Assembly: GCA_001029735.1 (NCBI GenBank)
Contig: CP011213.1
Span: 204,087-268,086 of the forward strand
Origin: Berkelbacteria bacterium GW2011_GWE1_39_12
Lineage (GTDB): Bacteria > Patescibacteriota > UBA1384 > UBA12157
Length of the DNA stretch: 64,000 bases
Reading direction: 5' to 3'
How positions within the stretch are numbered: position 1 is the stretch's first letter; every line of letters begins with the position of its first letter. Positions 39,084-49,278 of this stretch are shown in pieces. The position numbers were made by a program, and so were the translations under genes. The notes below the pieces were generated by a model, which saw nothing but the letters and a program-made list of their open reading frames with translations, did no database searches and was not told where the DNA came from.

Positions 39084-39114
39084 AAAAAAAGAAGGCTTTT
39101 ACCTTCTTTTTTTA
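39084..39114. terminator. bidirectional terminator after pilO
   Basis: AAAAAAAGAAGGcttttaCCTTCTTTTTTT. Confidence 0.7.
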
Positions 39115-39129
39115 ATATTGCTACTTTTT

Positions 39130-39507
39130 TTATTTCATTGCATTTCGGATTTTGGCGATAACTTCTCCAGGCATCGTTTCTGATTTAACAATATAATCAG
39201 TCGCGCCCAGTTTCTTTCCCTGAATACGATCCACATCTTGAATTAAAGCGGTCAAAACGATGACCGGCACATCCTTTAAATCTGGATCACTTTTTAAATC
39301 CTTTAGAACATCGAAGCCATTGATTTTCGGCATCATAATATCGAGTAAAATAATATTAGGCTTAACTTCTTTAGCTTTAGAAAGCGCTTCTTCGCCATTT
39401 GAGGCTTGAACAATCGTGAAACCTTCGGCTTTCAACCGTTCCTCGTACATTTCCCTTAAGGTCAGATCGTCGTCAACAAGCAAAATTGTTTTTCCTTCAT
39501 CCATCAT
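39130..39507 (-). CDS. single-domain response regulator (CheY-like receiver)
   Basis: ILLVDDDLTLREMY...ILLDIMMPKINGFDVL...KS receiver-domain motifs. Confidence 0.8.
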   Translation of the reverse strand: MMDEGKTILLVDDDLTLREMYEERLKAEGFTIVQASNGEEALSKAKEVKPNIILLDIMMPKINGFDVLKDLKSDPDLKDVPVIVLTALIQDVDRIQGKKLGATDYIVKSETMPGEVIAKIRNAMK

Positions 39508-39620
39508 ATTCTCCTATATAATTTCTAACTTGAATATACATTGTCAATTTTTACCTGTCAACCATTCGACATCACTGAGGTTGACCATGAGCCAGTCGAT
39601 GGGTCAAATATTTTACAAGC

Positions 39621-40565
39621 TTATTTATTTAAGAAAAAGAAATAAATCAAAATATCATTAACAAGAGCGGTTAATAAGATAGCCATTACCACGATCAACG
39701 CAACAGAGGCTGGTGATTTTTGTGTACTTTCATTAATATCTTTATTCGGTTCTGGTTCCCATGCCATTGTCGGCGCTGGCGGATGATTAATGACTGAAGG
39801 TTGAGGTGATATCTTTGGAGTTTCAAACGACCCTTGATTTAATTTAACCACTGGTACTTCATCTTCCTTATTTTCTTCCTTCGCTGGCACTGCGACAGGA
39901 CTTGAATCTGGAGATTTTAATTCATTTAAGCCTTCTGGTTCAAATATAACCTTGTCTTCTTGCTTTTTTTCTTCTGGTTTTGCGATTGCATCTGGCTGCA
40001 TGACTGATGGTTCAAGAGTAGCAACCGGTGTATTTACATGCGTGGCTGGCATTGGCGCAGCGGTAGGAATCGGCGAGGAAACTGGCGCTGTGGAAACTAC
40101 AAGAGGCGTTGGCATCACTGGTGGAGTGGCTGAAGGCGCTGTAATATTCGGCGCGATTTGGCCAGGCGCAGGAATGGTTCCTTTGCCATATTTGACCAAT
40201 ACTTGTTCGATTTTAGTTATGACGTCGGCTGGCATTGCTTCCGATTTAATCAAATAATCGTCTGCGCCGGCCTCAACTGCTTTCTCACGATTAAAATCAC
40301 GCATCAAAGCAGAAAGCATGATGACAGGAATATCTTTAGTGGCCGGATCGGATTTTATACTTGCCAAGGCTTCGTAACCATTAATTTTTGGCATCATAAT
40401 ATCCAAGAGAATGATCTCCGGTTTTGCTTCGCGAATTTTCCCTAACGCTTCTTCACCGTTACGACAAATTGTTACATTATAGCCAGCTAACTCAAGACGC
40501 TCTTTGTACATATCAATGAGCATCTTGTCGTCGTCAGCCATGAGAACACGACTACCTTTTGGCAT
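39621..40565 (-). CDS. receiver domain protein with Pro/Ala-rich linker and C-terminal transmembrane anchor
   Basis: N-terminal receiver (VLMADDDKMLIDMY...ILLDIMMPKINGYEAL), about 170 aa of P/A/T-rich sequence, and a C-terminal TM helix (SVALIVVMAILLTALVNDILIYFFFL). Confidence 0.7.
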   Translation of the reverse strand: MPKGSRVLMADDDKMLIDMYKERLELAGYNVTICRNGEEALGKIREAKPEIILLDIMMPKINGYEALASIKSDPATKDIPVIMLSALMRDFNREKAVEAGADDYLIKSEAMPADVITKIEQVLVKYGKGTIPAPGQIAPNITAPSATPPVMPTPLVVSTAPVSSPIPTAAPMPATHVNTPVATLEPSVMQPDAIAKPEEKKQEDKVIFEPEGLNELKSPDSSPVAVPAKEENKEDEVPVVKLNQGSFETPKISPQPSVINHPPAPTMAWEPEPNKDINESTQKSPASVALIVVMAILLTALVNDILIYFFFLNK

Positions 40566-40664
40566 TGCCCCTCCTCAATTTAACAAAAAATTTCCCGAAA
40601 AACAGGTTCCGTATCTAGTATACAACAAATATACTCGTCAAGCAAAAATTAAAAAACCCGGCGG

Positions 40665-41435
40665 TTAAACCGAGTTTGAGTTCTGAAGCCTAAGAATGTT
40701 TTGGTGCCGATTGTAGTTATCGCAGGCAAACTCGATCGCCTGAATCCAAATACCGTAGATCATCTGCCACTCGGCTGGGATAAATTTCGCTGCCCAGCGA
40801 AAGAATGGCAAGAAATGTGTCTCGGTTTCACCGAACAACCTGGCCTTGTCTTCGTCAGATAAGCCGGCTGTATCAGTCGTGTTTTCCAACCGATCAAGGA
40901 CTTTGATGATCGCCACTTGCCAGAGACCGGATAGAATGGCTTTTACCATATTATATATATGATCTATTAGCCGTTCCATCCTCGAGGAAAACAAAGCTTT
41001 GGGCCGTTTAGAAACCGGTATAACATAACTGGCAACTTCGGGCCCGAAAATTTTGATCAACTGCTCCTCTGTCCATCCATCATCTTCTTTAAACTCGTGG
41101 GCTAAGATGGCTGTAACTATATCAAGATCAAAACCAGCTTTCAGTGCTCTAGCAGCCACACGACAATCATGACGGTAGTAATTCTCGCCTGATTTGCGCA
41201 AAACCGTCGTGTGTTGCACCATCGAACAGTGGAAGGCTCGCGCAAAACGAGCCATTTGCGCATCTGATGCGCCGTTAAAGTCACCATCGCCCCAAAGTGC
41301 CAGGGCAATCTCTCGGACAGGAACTTCACTTAGAAATTCAAAATCGAACTTGAATTCCGGCTCCATTGCGCTCCCTCCCTCTGCAATCACAAAGCGTCCA
41401 ATTACGCCATTTGCTCTACTGCGAGTTGCCGTCAT
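40665..41435 (-). CDS. HD-domain SpoT/Mesh1-like (p)ppGpp hydrolase-like protein, possibly degenerate (HE instead of HD)
   Basis: YYRHDCRVAARALKAGFDLDIVTAILAHE...FGPEVASYV...IIKVLDRLENT parallels HPL.VA.IL..LglD...l.AALLHD...FG..VA.LV..VTKL...IKLADRLHN. GC-richer. Confidence 0.45.
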   Translation of the reverse strand: MTATRSRANGVIGRFVIAEGGSAMEPEFKFDFEFLSEVPVREIALALWGDGDFNGASDAQMARFARAFHCSMVQHTTVLRKSGENYYRHDCRVAARALKAGFDLDIVTAILAHEFKEDDGWTEEQLIKIFGPEVASYVIPVSKRPKALFSSRMERLIDHIYNMVKAILSGLWQVAIIKVLDRLENTTDTAGLSDEDKARLFGETETHFLPFFRWAAKFIPAEWQMIYGIWIQAIEFACDNYNRHQNILRLQNSNSV

Positions 41436-41570
41436 CGTAGCACATCAATAAGTTTTTGTAAACAGACGAACTTAGTTAAAAATACTCTTTGCAGCTGAGG
41501 GAAAAATACTGTATAATAATAACCAGTTGTAACCATAAACTTTACTTATTTTTTATTTTTAGGAGAAGCG

Positions 41571-42890
41571 ATGAAAACAAGAACTTTGATTTCAGAATTA
41601 CAAGAAAAGGTTGGGGAAACTGTTACCGTAGAAGGTTTTGTTGAAAAAATTCGCGACCAAAAAGCGATCCAGTTTGTTATCTTGCGCGATATCACTGGCA
41701 AAGTTCAATTGGTTAACGAACGCGAAAAAAACGCTAAATTTGCAGATATAATTTCTTCTCTTCCAATTGAATCAACCATTCAAGTTGCAGGCAAAGTAAT
41801 TGAAAACTCTCAGGTGAAACTCGGCGGTTTAGAAATTGCCATCGACGAACTGGCCGTAACCAGCACAGCTGAGCCAATGCTACCTATTCCAGTGATCGGT
41901 CAAGAACCAATCGCTCCAGAAAAAAGAATGGACTACCGCTGGCTCGATTTACGCCGATCAGAAAATCTTTTGATTTTTAAAGTTCAGACAACAATTGAAC
42001 GGGCCATGCGTGATTTTTGGACGAAAGAAAAATTTTTAGAAATTCATTCGCCAAAGCTGATGGGCGCACCGAGTGAATCTGGTGCTGAGCTTTTTGAAGT
42101 AAAATATTTCGATCGAAAAGCCTATTTAGCTCAATCACCACAGTTTTATAAACAGATGGCCATGGCAGCCGGATTCGACAAGATTTTTGAAATTGGCCCG
42201 GTTTTTCGAGCTGATCCTTCAGCCACTTCAAGACATTCAACTGAATTCACTGGCGTTGACATGGAAATTTCTTACGTTGAATCTCACCACGATGTGATGG
42301 ATTTGGAAGCCAAATTTCTAAAGCACGTTTTAGAAGTTGTCAAAAAAGAACACGGCGATGAAATCAAAGGGCTTTTCAATACAGAAATTGAAATTCCACA
42401 ACTTCCTTTCCCTGAAATTACCATGGAAGAAGCCCAAAAAATCGTAGCCGAAAGTGGCCACAAGTCAGAAGCCGCCATCAAAGGCGATTTGGATCCGGAA
42501 GGCGAAAGAATTGTTGCCAAATATATTAAAGAAAAAGAAGGCCATGATTTTGTTTTTGTAACCGATTACCCTGCCTCAGTCCGAGCTTTTTACCATATGA
42601 GAGATGAAAATACTGGCTTAACTAAAAGCTTCGATCTTCTCTATAAAGGTGTCGAAATCACTACCGGCGCACAGCGCGAGCATCGCTATGAGATACTAAA
42701 GAAACAAGCTGAGGAAAAAGGTGTTTCAGAAGAATCAATCAAATTCTATCTGGAATTCTTCCGATACGGCGTTCCACCTCACGGCGGTCTAGGCTTGGGA
42801 CTCGCTCGGTTATTGATGATCATGCTTAACCGCGAAAATATCCGCGAAGTCACTTACCTCTTCCGCGGCATGAATCGCTTGGAACCATAA
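41571..42890 (+). CDS. aspS: class IIb aspartate/asparagine--tRNA ligase (archaeal/eukaryal-type length)
   Basis: OB-fold N-terminus, motif 2 FRADPSATSRHSTEFTGVDMEISY and motif 3 GGLGLGLARLLM. Promoter TTGCAG-17-TATAAT at about 41500-41528. Confidence 0.7.
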   Translation: MKTRTLISELQEKVGETVTVEGFVEKIRDQKAIQFVILRDITGKVQLVNEREKNAKFADIISSLPIESTIQVAGKVIENSQVKLGGLEIAIDELAVTSTAEPMLPIPVIGQEPIAPEKRMDYRWLDLRRSENLLIFKVQTTIERAMRDFWTKEKFLEIHSPKLMGAPSESGAELFEVKYFDRKAYLAQSPQFYKQMAMAAGFDKIFEIGPVFRADPSATSRHSTEFTGVDMEISYVESHHDVMDLEAKFLKHVLEVVKKEHGDEIKGLFNTEIEIPQLPFPEITMEEAQKIVAESGHKSEAAIKGDLDPEGERIVAKYIKEKEGHDFVFVTDYPASVRAFYHMRDENTGLTKSFDLLYKGVEITTGAQREHRYEILKKQAEEKGVSEESIKFYLEFFRYGVPPHGGLGLGLARLLMIMLNRENIREVTYLFRGMNRLEP

Positions 42891-42935
42891 TAAAAAAAAT
42901 ATATAGTCTAACTAGAGATCATTGAAAGGCTTTTT

Positions 42936-44156
42936 GTGAAAAAAATTATAACCGACAAACAGACGATTGATAAACTAATCGAAGATTTTTCTCGCACTAC
43001 TGACGAGGTTTTTTCGCTTGAAGAATTTCGAAAATTACTTTCAAGCGGACACCAACTTAGATTTAAATACGGCGTTGATGTAACCGCGCCTGATCTACAC
43101 ATCGGCCATGCTGTAAACCTTTGGATGTACCGACGCCTTCAAGAATTAGGTCACAAAATTATCTTTTTGATCGGTGACTATACAACTCAAATCGGCGACC
43201 CAACCGGTAAGAGCAAAACGAGACCAATTATCCCGATTGAAGAAATTCAGCAAAATGCTGATGCCTTTATCAAGCAAGCGATGATGGTTCTTTACGATGA
43301 TCCCAACCTTGTCGAGATCCGCCGGAACTCAGAATGGTACGATCCAATGAAGGCGAAAGACCTTCTTTCACTAATGAGCTTAGTGACTCACGATCGATTG
43401 ATCTCCAGAGACATGTTCCAGAAAAGAATTGAAACAGGTCAGGAAATTTACGAAAATGAACTGGTTTACCCTATTTTGCAAGGATATGACTCTGTGGCTC
43501 TAAAAGCAGATGCCACTGTCATTGGTTCCGATCAACTCTTCAATGAGATGATGGGGCGTTTCTTCCAAGAAAAATATGGAGAGCCGGCTCAAGTTATCAT
43601 TACCACCAAAATTACTGCCGGAATTGACGGAAAAGGTAAACAAAGTAAGAGTTTAGGAAACTACATTGGTTTGAACCACTCACCTCGCGAAAAATTCGGC
43701 CGTCTAATGAGTATTCCTGACACTTTGATTATTGATTATATGAAAGTCTACACCGACGTTCCGCTTGATGAGATAGTCAAAATAGAACAAGACCTGTCTA
43801 CCGATCCAAAAAAATATAAATTAATGCTCGCTCAAGAAATAGTCAAACGATACCACGGTGAAAAAGTTGCAGAGGAAGAAGTTGAATGGTTTGAAAAAAC
43901 CTTCAGCCAAAAACAGGTTCCGGACGAAGCCATCCCTGTATCAATTGGCGCCGATTCAGCATCTTTGATTGATATTTTGAAGAAATGCTTTGATGACGAA
44001 AAAATGAGCAACAATGACTTAAGAAGGCTTATTACTCAAAACGCTGTCACTATCGATGAGCGCAAAGCAAATGATCCATTTGAACTAATTAAACTTTCTA
44101 GTAGTCCGCTTAATTTTAAAGTGGGCAAAAGAAATTGGTTTAAAGTCACGATCTAA
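42936..44156 (+). CDS. tyrS: tyrosyl-tRNA synthetase
   Basis: HIGH (DLHIGHAVNL), GDPTGK, KMSKS-like GKQSKSLGN and a C-terminal S4-like domain. Confidence 0.85.
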   Translation: MKKIITDKQTIDKLIEDFSRTTDEVFSLEEFRKLLSSGHQLRFKYGVDVTAPDLHIGHAVNLWMYRRLQELGHKIIFLIGDYTTQIGDPTGKSKTRPIIPIEEIQQNADAFIKQAMMVLYDDPNLVEIRRNSEWYDPMKAKDLLSLMSLVTHDRLISRDMFQKRIETGQEIYENELVYPILQGYDSVALKADATVIGSDQLFNEMMGRFFQEKYGEPAQVIITTKITAGIDGKGKQSKSLGNYIGLNHSPREKFGRLMSIPDTLIIDYMKVYTDVPLDEIVKIEQDLSTDPKKYKLMLAQEIVKRYHGEKVAEEEVEWFEKTFSQKQVPDEAIPVSIGADSASLIDILKKCFDDEKMSNNDLRRLITQNAVTIDERKANDPFELIKLSSSPLNFKVGKRNWFKVTI

Positions 44157-44179
44157 AGGAAATAAAAACCCGCTTTACA

Positions 44180-45181
44180 TTACAGCGGGTTGGTAGGAAA
44201 ATCAAAAGTCCAGGACCTGGATTTATCAGCTTTGTTATTGCAAAAGCCAGCTTGGTAAATCATGGGGTGACAAAACAGGCTAAGTTGATTACGGTCAGTT
44301 ATGATTACCTTCGTACACCCACAGTTCTTAGCTTTGGACAATATGTATAAAAGTAGTTCTGATACGACATCAAAATTTTGAATGTCGTTAGCGACAAAGA
44401 AATCAACATGCATCGCATTGTCTTTGATCACGCATAGAGCACAGCCATAAAGAGCGATATCGACTTCAAAAACTACGAAGCTGGAAATGGAAGATTCGAT
44501 GATCTTAAGCAAATTACCCTCAAAGTCAGACCGCTTGATTAGTGTGTTGATTTTTGCAATATCACTAGGCCGTGCCTCTCGAGATTGATTATATGAACCC
44601 ATCTGAGCACAGATCATTGTACCACTACCAGAACACGAGAAAAGTTCGTCAATGAGCGATTCCTTGGCAGCAATGTGAACTCTTTCAACTTGGTGATCAA
44701 GCGCCCAAATAGCCGCTAGGATCTTGTCACGCATTGTGCCAGTGACCAATTCTTTTTGATCGACCTTCTTTTTTTCAAGTAAGTCGACGGATTGCAATTT
44801 AGAGATTTGACGAATCAGGTTTCCATTCTCGTCCAAAACCCCAACTGAATCAACAAGATAGATCAGTTTCCGAGCATGAAGGGTGTTAGCTAATTGAGCA
44901 GTCTCCCGATCATTGCAAATGACTAGTGGGATGTCGTGCCTTGTTCTAAAAGCAATTCTCAACTTATTAGGAGCTACCTCTTTGTAATCAAAAACTCGAC
45001 ATTCCGGTGCAAACAACCGGCGTTCCGGATAACAAATCACTACTTTGACTCCCAGTCCGCGAAGCAACTGAATATCTTGATAGACAGCACTCTGCGTCTG
45101 GGGTATCCCGTTTCGATCAAGCTTTATCACGAAGATCTTACCGATATGCGTGGTAGCGTAAGCTAATATTTCTCGATTCAT
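44180..45181 (-). CDS. amino-acid-kinase-fold plus GNAT-like domain protein (ArgA-like)
   Basis: N-terminal carbamate/acetylglutamate kinase-like fold and a C-terminal acetyltransferase-like segment. GC-richer. Confidence 0.3.
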   Translation of the reverse strand: MNREILAYATTHIGKIFVIKLDRNGIPQTQSAVYQDIQLLRGLGVKVVICYPERRLFAPECRVFDYKEVAPNKLRIAFRTRHDIPLVICNDRETAQLANTLHARKLIYLVDSVGVLDENGNLIRQISKLQSVDLLEKKKVDQKELVTGTMRDKILAAIWALDHQVERVHIAAKESLIDELFSCSGSGTMICAQMGSYNQSREARPSDIAKINTLIKRSDFEGNLLKIIESSISSFVVFEVDIALYGCALCVIKDNAMHVDFFVANDIQNFDVVSELLLYILSKAKNCGCTKVIITDRNQLSLFCHPMIYQAGFCNNKADKSRSWTFDFPTNPL

Positions 45182-45182
45182 G

Positions 45183-46484
45183 TCAGCCCTCCTTGCAGCA
45201 GAAAAGTCTGATCAATTCAATGTAGGGATCGATGGACTCATTGGTCAACCATCTTTCACCAACAAATTCATTTGGTTGATGAGCCTGATTAATCGAACCA
45301 GGACCCAGAATTATCGACTCTGCACCTGCAGCATTATAGACGCCGCCTTCAGTATTATAGGAGACACCCTTCGCAAAATTGCGCCGTGTTGCCCGAATGG
45401 CGTTCCGAACCACTTCTGACCCATCAGGGGTGTCCATGGCCGGTGTAAAAAGCCTCATTGCTACAACCTGGGCTGAGAATTTTTCACTTGGATTGACTGG
45501 TTTGATCTTATCGATAACTTGAGTCAGCTTTCGCTGCATTAAGTCCCTGAGAAAATCGACTGGCGGCATCCCGGGAATAAAGCGAAGATCACAATCCAAT
45601 CTGACTTCAGTCGGGATAATATTCTTCATCGACCCAGGTGGCATTATGATATTGCCACCTATATTCATAGTGGGGTGCGCCAATTCGAATTTGTCGTCTT
45701 GAAAACGACGGAAACTCTTACGAAAGTCTTCTAAGGCCAAAGTCACTCTGGGTAATACCAACGCAACCACGTTAGTGGCTTTTGTGTCATCAGAGCTATG
45801 TAACTTCTTCTCGGCCACGTGCTTCGCGTGCTCATCTATAGTCGACTTGATAATCACACGGAAGTAATAGTAGCCTTTATGCTTGGAAACAGGTTCCATC
45901 ATAGTCGGTTCGCCAACAACGATGCTCTTTGCCAGCTTTTCTTTCGGCATCTGCGACTTTCTAGAAAAACCGGTCAAAGCTTTTGCTCCCAGACAACCAA
46001 TTTCCTCTTCTGCCGTAAAATACAAAGCAAACGGTCTCTTTAGATCGCTTAGTGGAATAGCCTCAGCAGCTTTCAAGGCAGCTGCCAAGAAAAGTTTCAT
46101 GTCGGCAACTCCTCGAGCAAAGTATTTACCGTTAGCGTAAGTCAATTTGAGTGGGTCACTCGCCCATTTGGCTGTTTCAAAACTGACTGTGTCAGTATGT
46201 CCAGATAGAGCAAGAACCGGCTCTTCGCCCCCAACAGTTACCACCAGATTTGACTGATTTACTCTCTTATCACCTCTATAGGGAAATCTCTGAACCTTAA
46301 AGTCAAGATCCTCGCAGTAGTTAGCGATAAAGTCGACTATTTCCAGGTTACTTTGGCCTGGACTAGTGTTGTAGCCGATAAGTTTGCGCGTCAGTTCTAG
46401 TAGTTCCATTTTGGCCCCTCCCATCAAGTTTTCAATGTGCGCTAAAATACCCTTCACCATATACGAAAAAAAAAAGAATGTCAA
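45183..46484 (-). CDS. M20 family metallopeptidase (ArgE/DapE-like)
   Basis: ALSGHTDTVSF metal-binding motif and M20 dimerisation region. Confidence 0.7.
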   Translation of the reverse strand: MTFFFFSYMVKGILAHIENLMGGAKMELLELTRKLIGYNTSPGQSNLEIVDFIANYCEDLDFKVQRFPYRGDKRVNQSNLVVTVGGEEPVLALSGHTDTVSFETAKWASDPLKLTYANGKYFARGVADMKLFLAAALKAAEAIPLSDLKRPFALYFTAEEEIGCLGAKALTGFSRKSQMPKEKLAKSIVVGEPTMMEPVSKHKGYYYFRVIIKSTIDEHAKHVAEKKLHSSDDTKATNVVALVLPRVTLALEDFRKSFRRFQDDKFELAHPTMNIGGNIIMPPGSMKNIIPTEVRLDCDLRFIPGMPPVDFLRDLMQRKLTQVIDKIKPVNPSEKFSAQVVAMRLFTPAMDTPDGSEVVRNAIRATRRNFAKGVSYNTEGGVYNAAGAESIILGPGSINQAHQPNEFVGERWLTNESIDPYIELIRLFCCKEG

Positions 46485-46561
46485 GTTCCAAGATTGACAT
46501 TTAACAGGAAAAATGGTATTTTAATTGGCTGTACGTTTACAATCAGCAAAGAGGAGACACA

Positions 46562-48460
46562 ATGAATATTCAGGATATCACTCTGAGAGTCGCCAGCTAT
46601 GTTCGTGGAGCGATCGCTGTAATCACCAATCGTCCGTTTGGCGAGATTCAGTTTAACCGACCGCCTAAGGTGGATCTAGGCGATTTTAGCTTTGGCTGTT
46701 TTGCCTTGGCTAAGGATTTGAAGACGAGCCCAAATAGTCTGGCCAAAGAGATCGCCAGCCTTATTCTCAGTGTCAAAGACCCCTTCATTCAAAAAGTCGA
46801 GGCCTCTGGCGCCTATGTCAATATTAAGGTCAATCCTACTTATATATTTGGACGGATTCTGATGGAGGAATGGCAGAGTGATTTCAAATGGCCGGTTGGC
46901 CCAGTGATGGTGGAATACCTTTCACCAAATACAAACAAGCCGCTTCACCTTGGACACTTGCGCAATGGCGCTGTCGGTATGGCTGTCGGCAACATTCTCT
47001 CCTTCAATGGCTACAATGTAGTTAAAGCCAACCTCATCAACGACCGCGGCATTCACATCTGTAAAAGTATGATTGCCTGGCTGCAATGGGGCGAAGGTGA
47101 AACACCGGAATTAACTGGGATCAAAGGCGATCACTTTGTCGGAAAATGGTATGTGCGGTTTGACCAAGAGTACAAACAACAAGTCGACGCCATGATTGAA
47201 GGCGGAGCGGAAAAAAAGGTCGCCGAAAAAACGGCGCCAATTCTACTGGAAGCGCAGGCAATGTTACTCAAATGGGAATCGGACGATCCGGAAGTTTTGG
47301 ATCTCTGGCGGACCATGAATAGCTGGGTCTACGATGGTTTTGAAAAGACCTACCAACGACTTGGCTTCAAATTCGGCCATTTCTATTACGAATCCAACAC
47401 CTACAAGTTGGGTAAAGATATCGTCGAGAAGGGTTTGAATGAGGGCATCTTCTATCTTGCTGAAGAAGCAGTAGAGGTCGAAGAGGGCGGCGAATTCGAC
47501 GAGAACAGAAGTGATGTCGGAATGACATTGGTCGATTTGCCGGCCACTCGCGAGGTCGTCGGCAAAGACGGGAAGACAAAAGTGGAAAATTGGTTCGGAA
47601 CCAATAAAAACGGTTCCACCAAGAAGGCGACAGTTTTGCGCGCCGACGGAACCAGTGTCTATTTGACTCAGGACCTCGGCACGGCTGTTCAAAAGTTCAA
47701 GGATTTCGGCCTGTCTAGATCAATTTATGTCGTGGGTTCAGAACAAGAGCCGCACTTTAAGGTATTGTTCGCCATCCTCACGATGCTCGGCTATAAGTGG
47801 GCCGATCAATGTTATCATCTTTCCTATGGTATGGTTTTCTTGCCGGAAGGCAAGATGAAATCACGAGAGGGCAAGGTCGTCGATGCAGATAACCTTGTTG
47901 ACGCCGTAAAGGAGATGGCGTCGATAGAGATTCGTAAACGTGACAAAGACAGCTTGCTGAGAGACGAGGAAATCAGTATTCGGGCAGAAAAAATCGCGCT
48001 CGGTGCGATCAAATTCTATCTACTGAAATTCTCTCCGCGCCAGGACATCAAGTTCAATCCCGCCGAATCCATCGCATTCGAAGGTCAAACCGGGCCGTAT
48101 TGTATGTACACATACGCACGCGGTGCGAGTTTACTTTCCAAAGCGAGTGAAGCTGGGATTACGACTTTAGACCCGGCGATCGAAGCCTTGGGTAACGAAG
48201 AGGAAATGTCTCTTGCCCATAAACTGATGGACCTTCCAACTGAGATGGAAATGGCCATGAAGGACCTGAACCCTTGCCGAGTCGCAAGCTATGTTTACGA
48301 CTTATGCAAGGTGTTCAACCAGTTCTATCACCAATGTCCGGTGTTAGACGCCGATAACAAGCCGCTTTCAGCGGCTCGCCTCTTGCTCGTAAAGAGCTCG
48401 ATCAAAGCGATCAAACAATGCCTCGAAATTCTCGGAATCGATGCATTAGAGACAATGTAA
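46562..48460 (+). CDS. argS: arginyl-tRNA synthetase
   Basis: SPNTNKPLHLGHLRNGAVG (HIGH-type) and ArgRS anticodon-binding C-terminus. Noticeably GC-richer than metG. Confidence 0.85.
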   Translation: MNIQDITLRVASYVRGAIAVITNRPFGEIQFNRPPKVDLGDFSFGCFALAKDLKTSPNSLAKEIASLILSVKDPFIQKVEASGAYVNIKVNPTYIFGRILMEEWQSDFKWPVGPVMVEYLSPNTNKPLHLGHLRNGAVGMAVGNILSFNGYNVVKANLINDRGIHICKSMIAWLQWGEGETPELTGIKGDHFVGKWYVRFDQEYKQQVDAMIEGGAEKKVAEKTAPILLEAQAMLLKWESDDPEVLDLWRTMNSWVYDGFEKTYQRLGFKFGHFYYESNTYKLGKDIVEKGLNEGIFYLAEEAVEVEEGGEFDENRSDVGMTLVDLPATREVVGKDGKTKVENWFGTNKNGSTKKATVLRADGTSVYLTQDLGTAVQKFKDFGLSRSIYVVGSEQEPHFKVLFAILTMLGYKWADQCYHLSYGMVFLPEGKMKSREGKVVDADNLVDAVKEMASIEIRKRDKDSLLRDEEISIRAEKIALGAIKFYLLKFSPRQDIKFNPAESIAFEGQTGPYCMYTYARGASLLSKASEAGITTLDPAIEALGNEEEMSLAHKLMDLPTEMEMAMKDLNPCRVASYVYDLCKVFNQFYHQCPVLDADNKPLSAARLLLVKSSIKAIKQCLEILGIDALETM

Positions 48461-48461
48461 A

Positions 48462-48526
48462 CTACCCGCTGGAAACAGCGGGTTTTTAAATATTTATTAC
48501 TAAAAATCCCGCAATTAAGCGGGATA
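48462..48526. terminator. two back-to-back terminators: plus after argS at 48464-48488, minus after 48534-49187 at 48500-48526
   Basis: ACCCGCTggaaacAGCGGGTTTTT and, on the minus strand, ATCCCGCttaattGCGGGATTTTT. Confidence 0.7.
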
Positions 48527-48533
48527 AATAAAA

Positions 48534-49187
48534 TCAGCGAGTAAAGACCCATAAATCCTTCGGACTCCAGAAACATCCGGGACGAGCATTATAAGCACCG
48601 ATGTGCTTAATGCCATACTCGACCATCAGTATTTCCGGATCACCATCACTATCAATGAGCGGTTCGGTCGCTACGCGTACGTCCTCTTTGAAATCAACAT
48701 CGGAAATCCGACACATGTGCAGTGCAGTCTCTTTTGGACAGAGACGATAGCCAAGACACATCGCCCTCTCGTAAAGACTCTTCGTAGTCGCACCTTCGAC
48801 AAGCCCCAGTTCTCCAACTGAATGCAGAAACAGACTGACATCAGCTAGCTCTGATACACCAATCATTTTCAAAATTACTGTTTCTGCAATGTCTCCGATT
48901 GAAAAACCGGCATCAATTACCGCTTCCCGTCTAAGGTCTTCGATAGAGCAAAAGGTGCCGATTTGAATCGACTCCCAAACCGGATTATCAGCCAAAAGCT
49001 GCTTTAGAAAGTCGGAAAAGCGATCATTGAACCTAGGTTGTTTCAAAATCACTTTAGCCTGTTTGTAAGTGGTGCCGCTCTCAATCAAAGCTGCTGCAAT
49101 CTTGCCTTCGAATTCTCTGATTTGAGTGCTTGACAGTGGTCTTATTTCGCTTGCAGCCATTTTCTTAACCCTTTCTGCGTTTTTCAA
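48534..49187 (-). CDS. hypothetical protein
   Basis: No recognisable motif. Terminator at about 48500-48526. Confidence 0.3.
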   Translation of the reverse strand: MKNAERVKKMAASEIRPLSSTQIREFEGKIAAALIESGTTYKQAKVILKQPRFNDRFSDFLKQLLADNPVWESIQIGTFCSIEDLRREAVIDAGFSIGDIAETVILKMIGVSELADVSLFLHSVGELGLVEGATTKSLYERAMCLGYRLCPKETALHMCRISDVDFKEDVRVATEPLIDSDGDPEILMVEYGIKHIGAYNARPGCFWSPKDLWVFTR

Positions 49188-49278
49188 GACACGCTCTCTG
49201 CTACGACTCTGTTGTTAATCTGTAAAAGTACACTCAATTGTATCAATTCAAGACTAAAAGTCAAGAAAAAGGAGCAAA

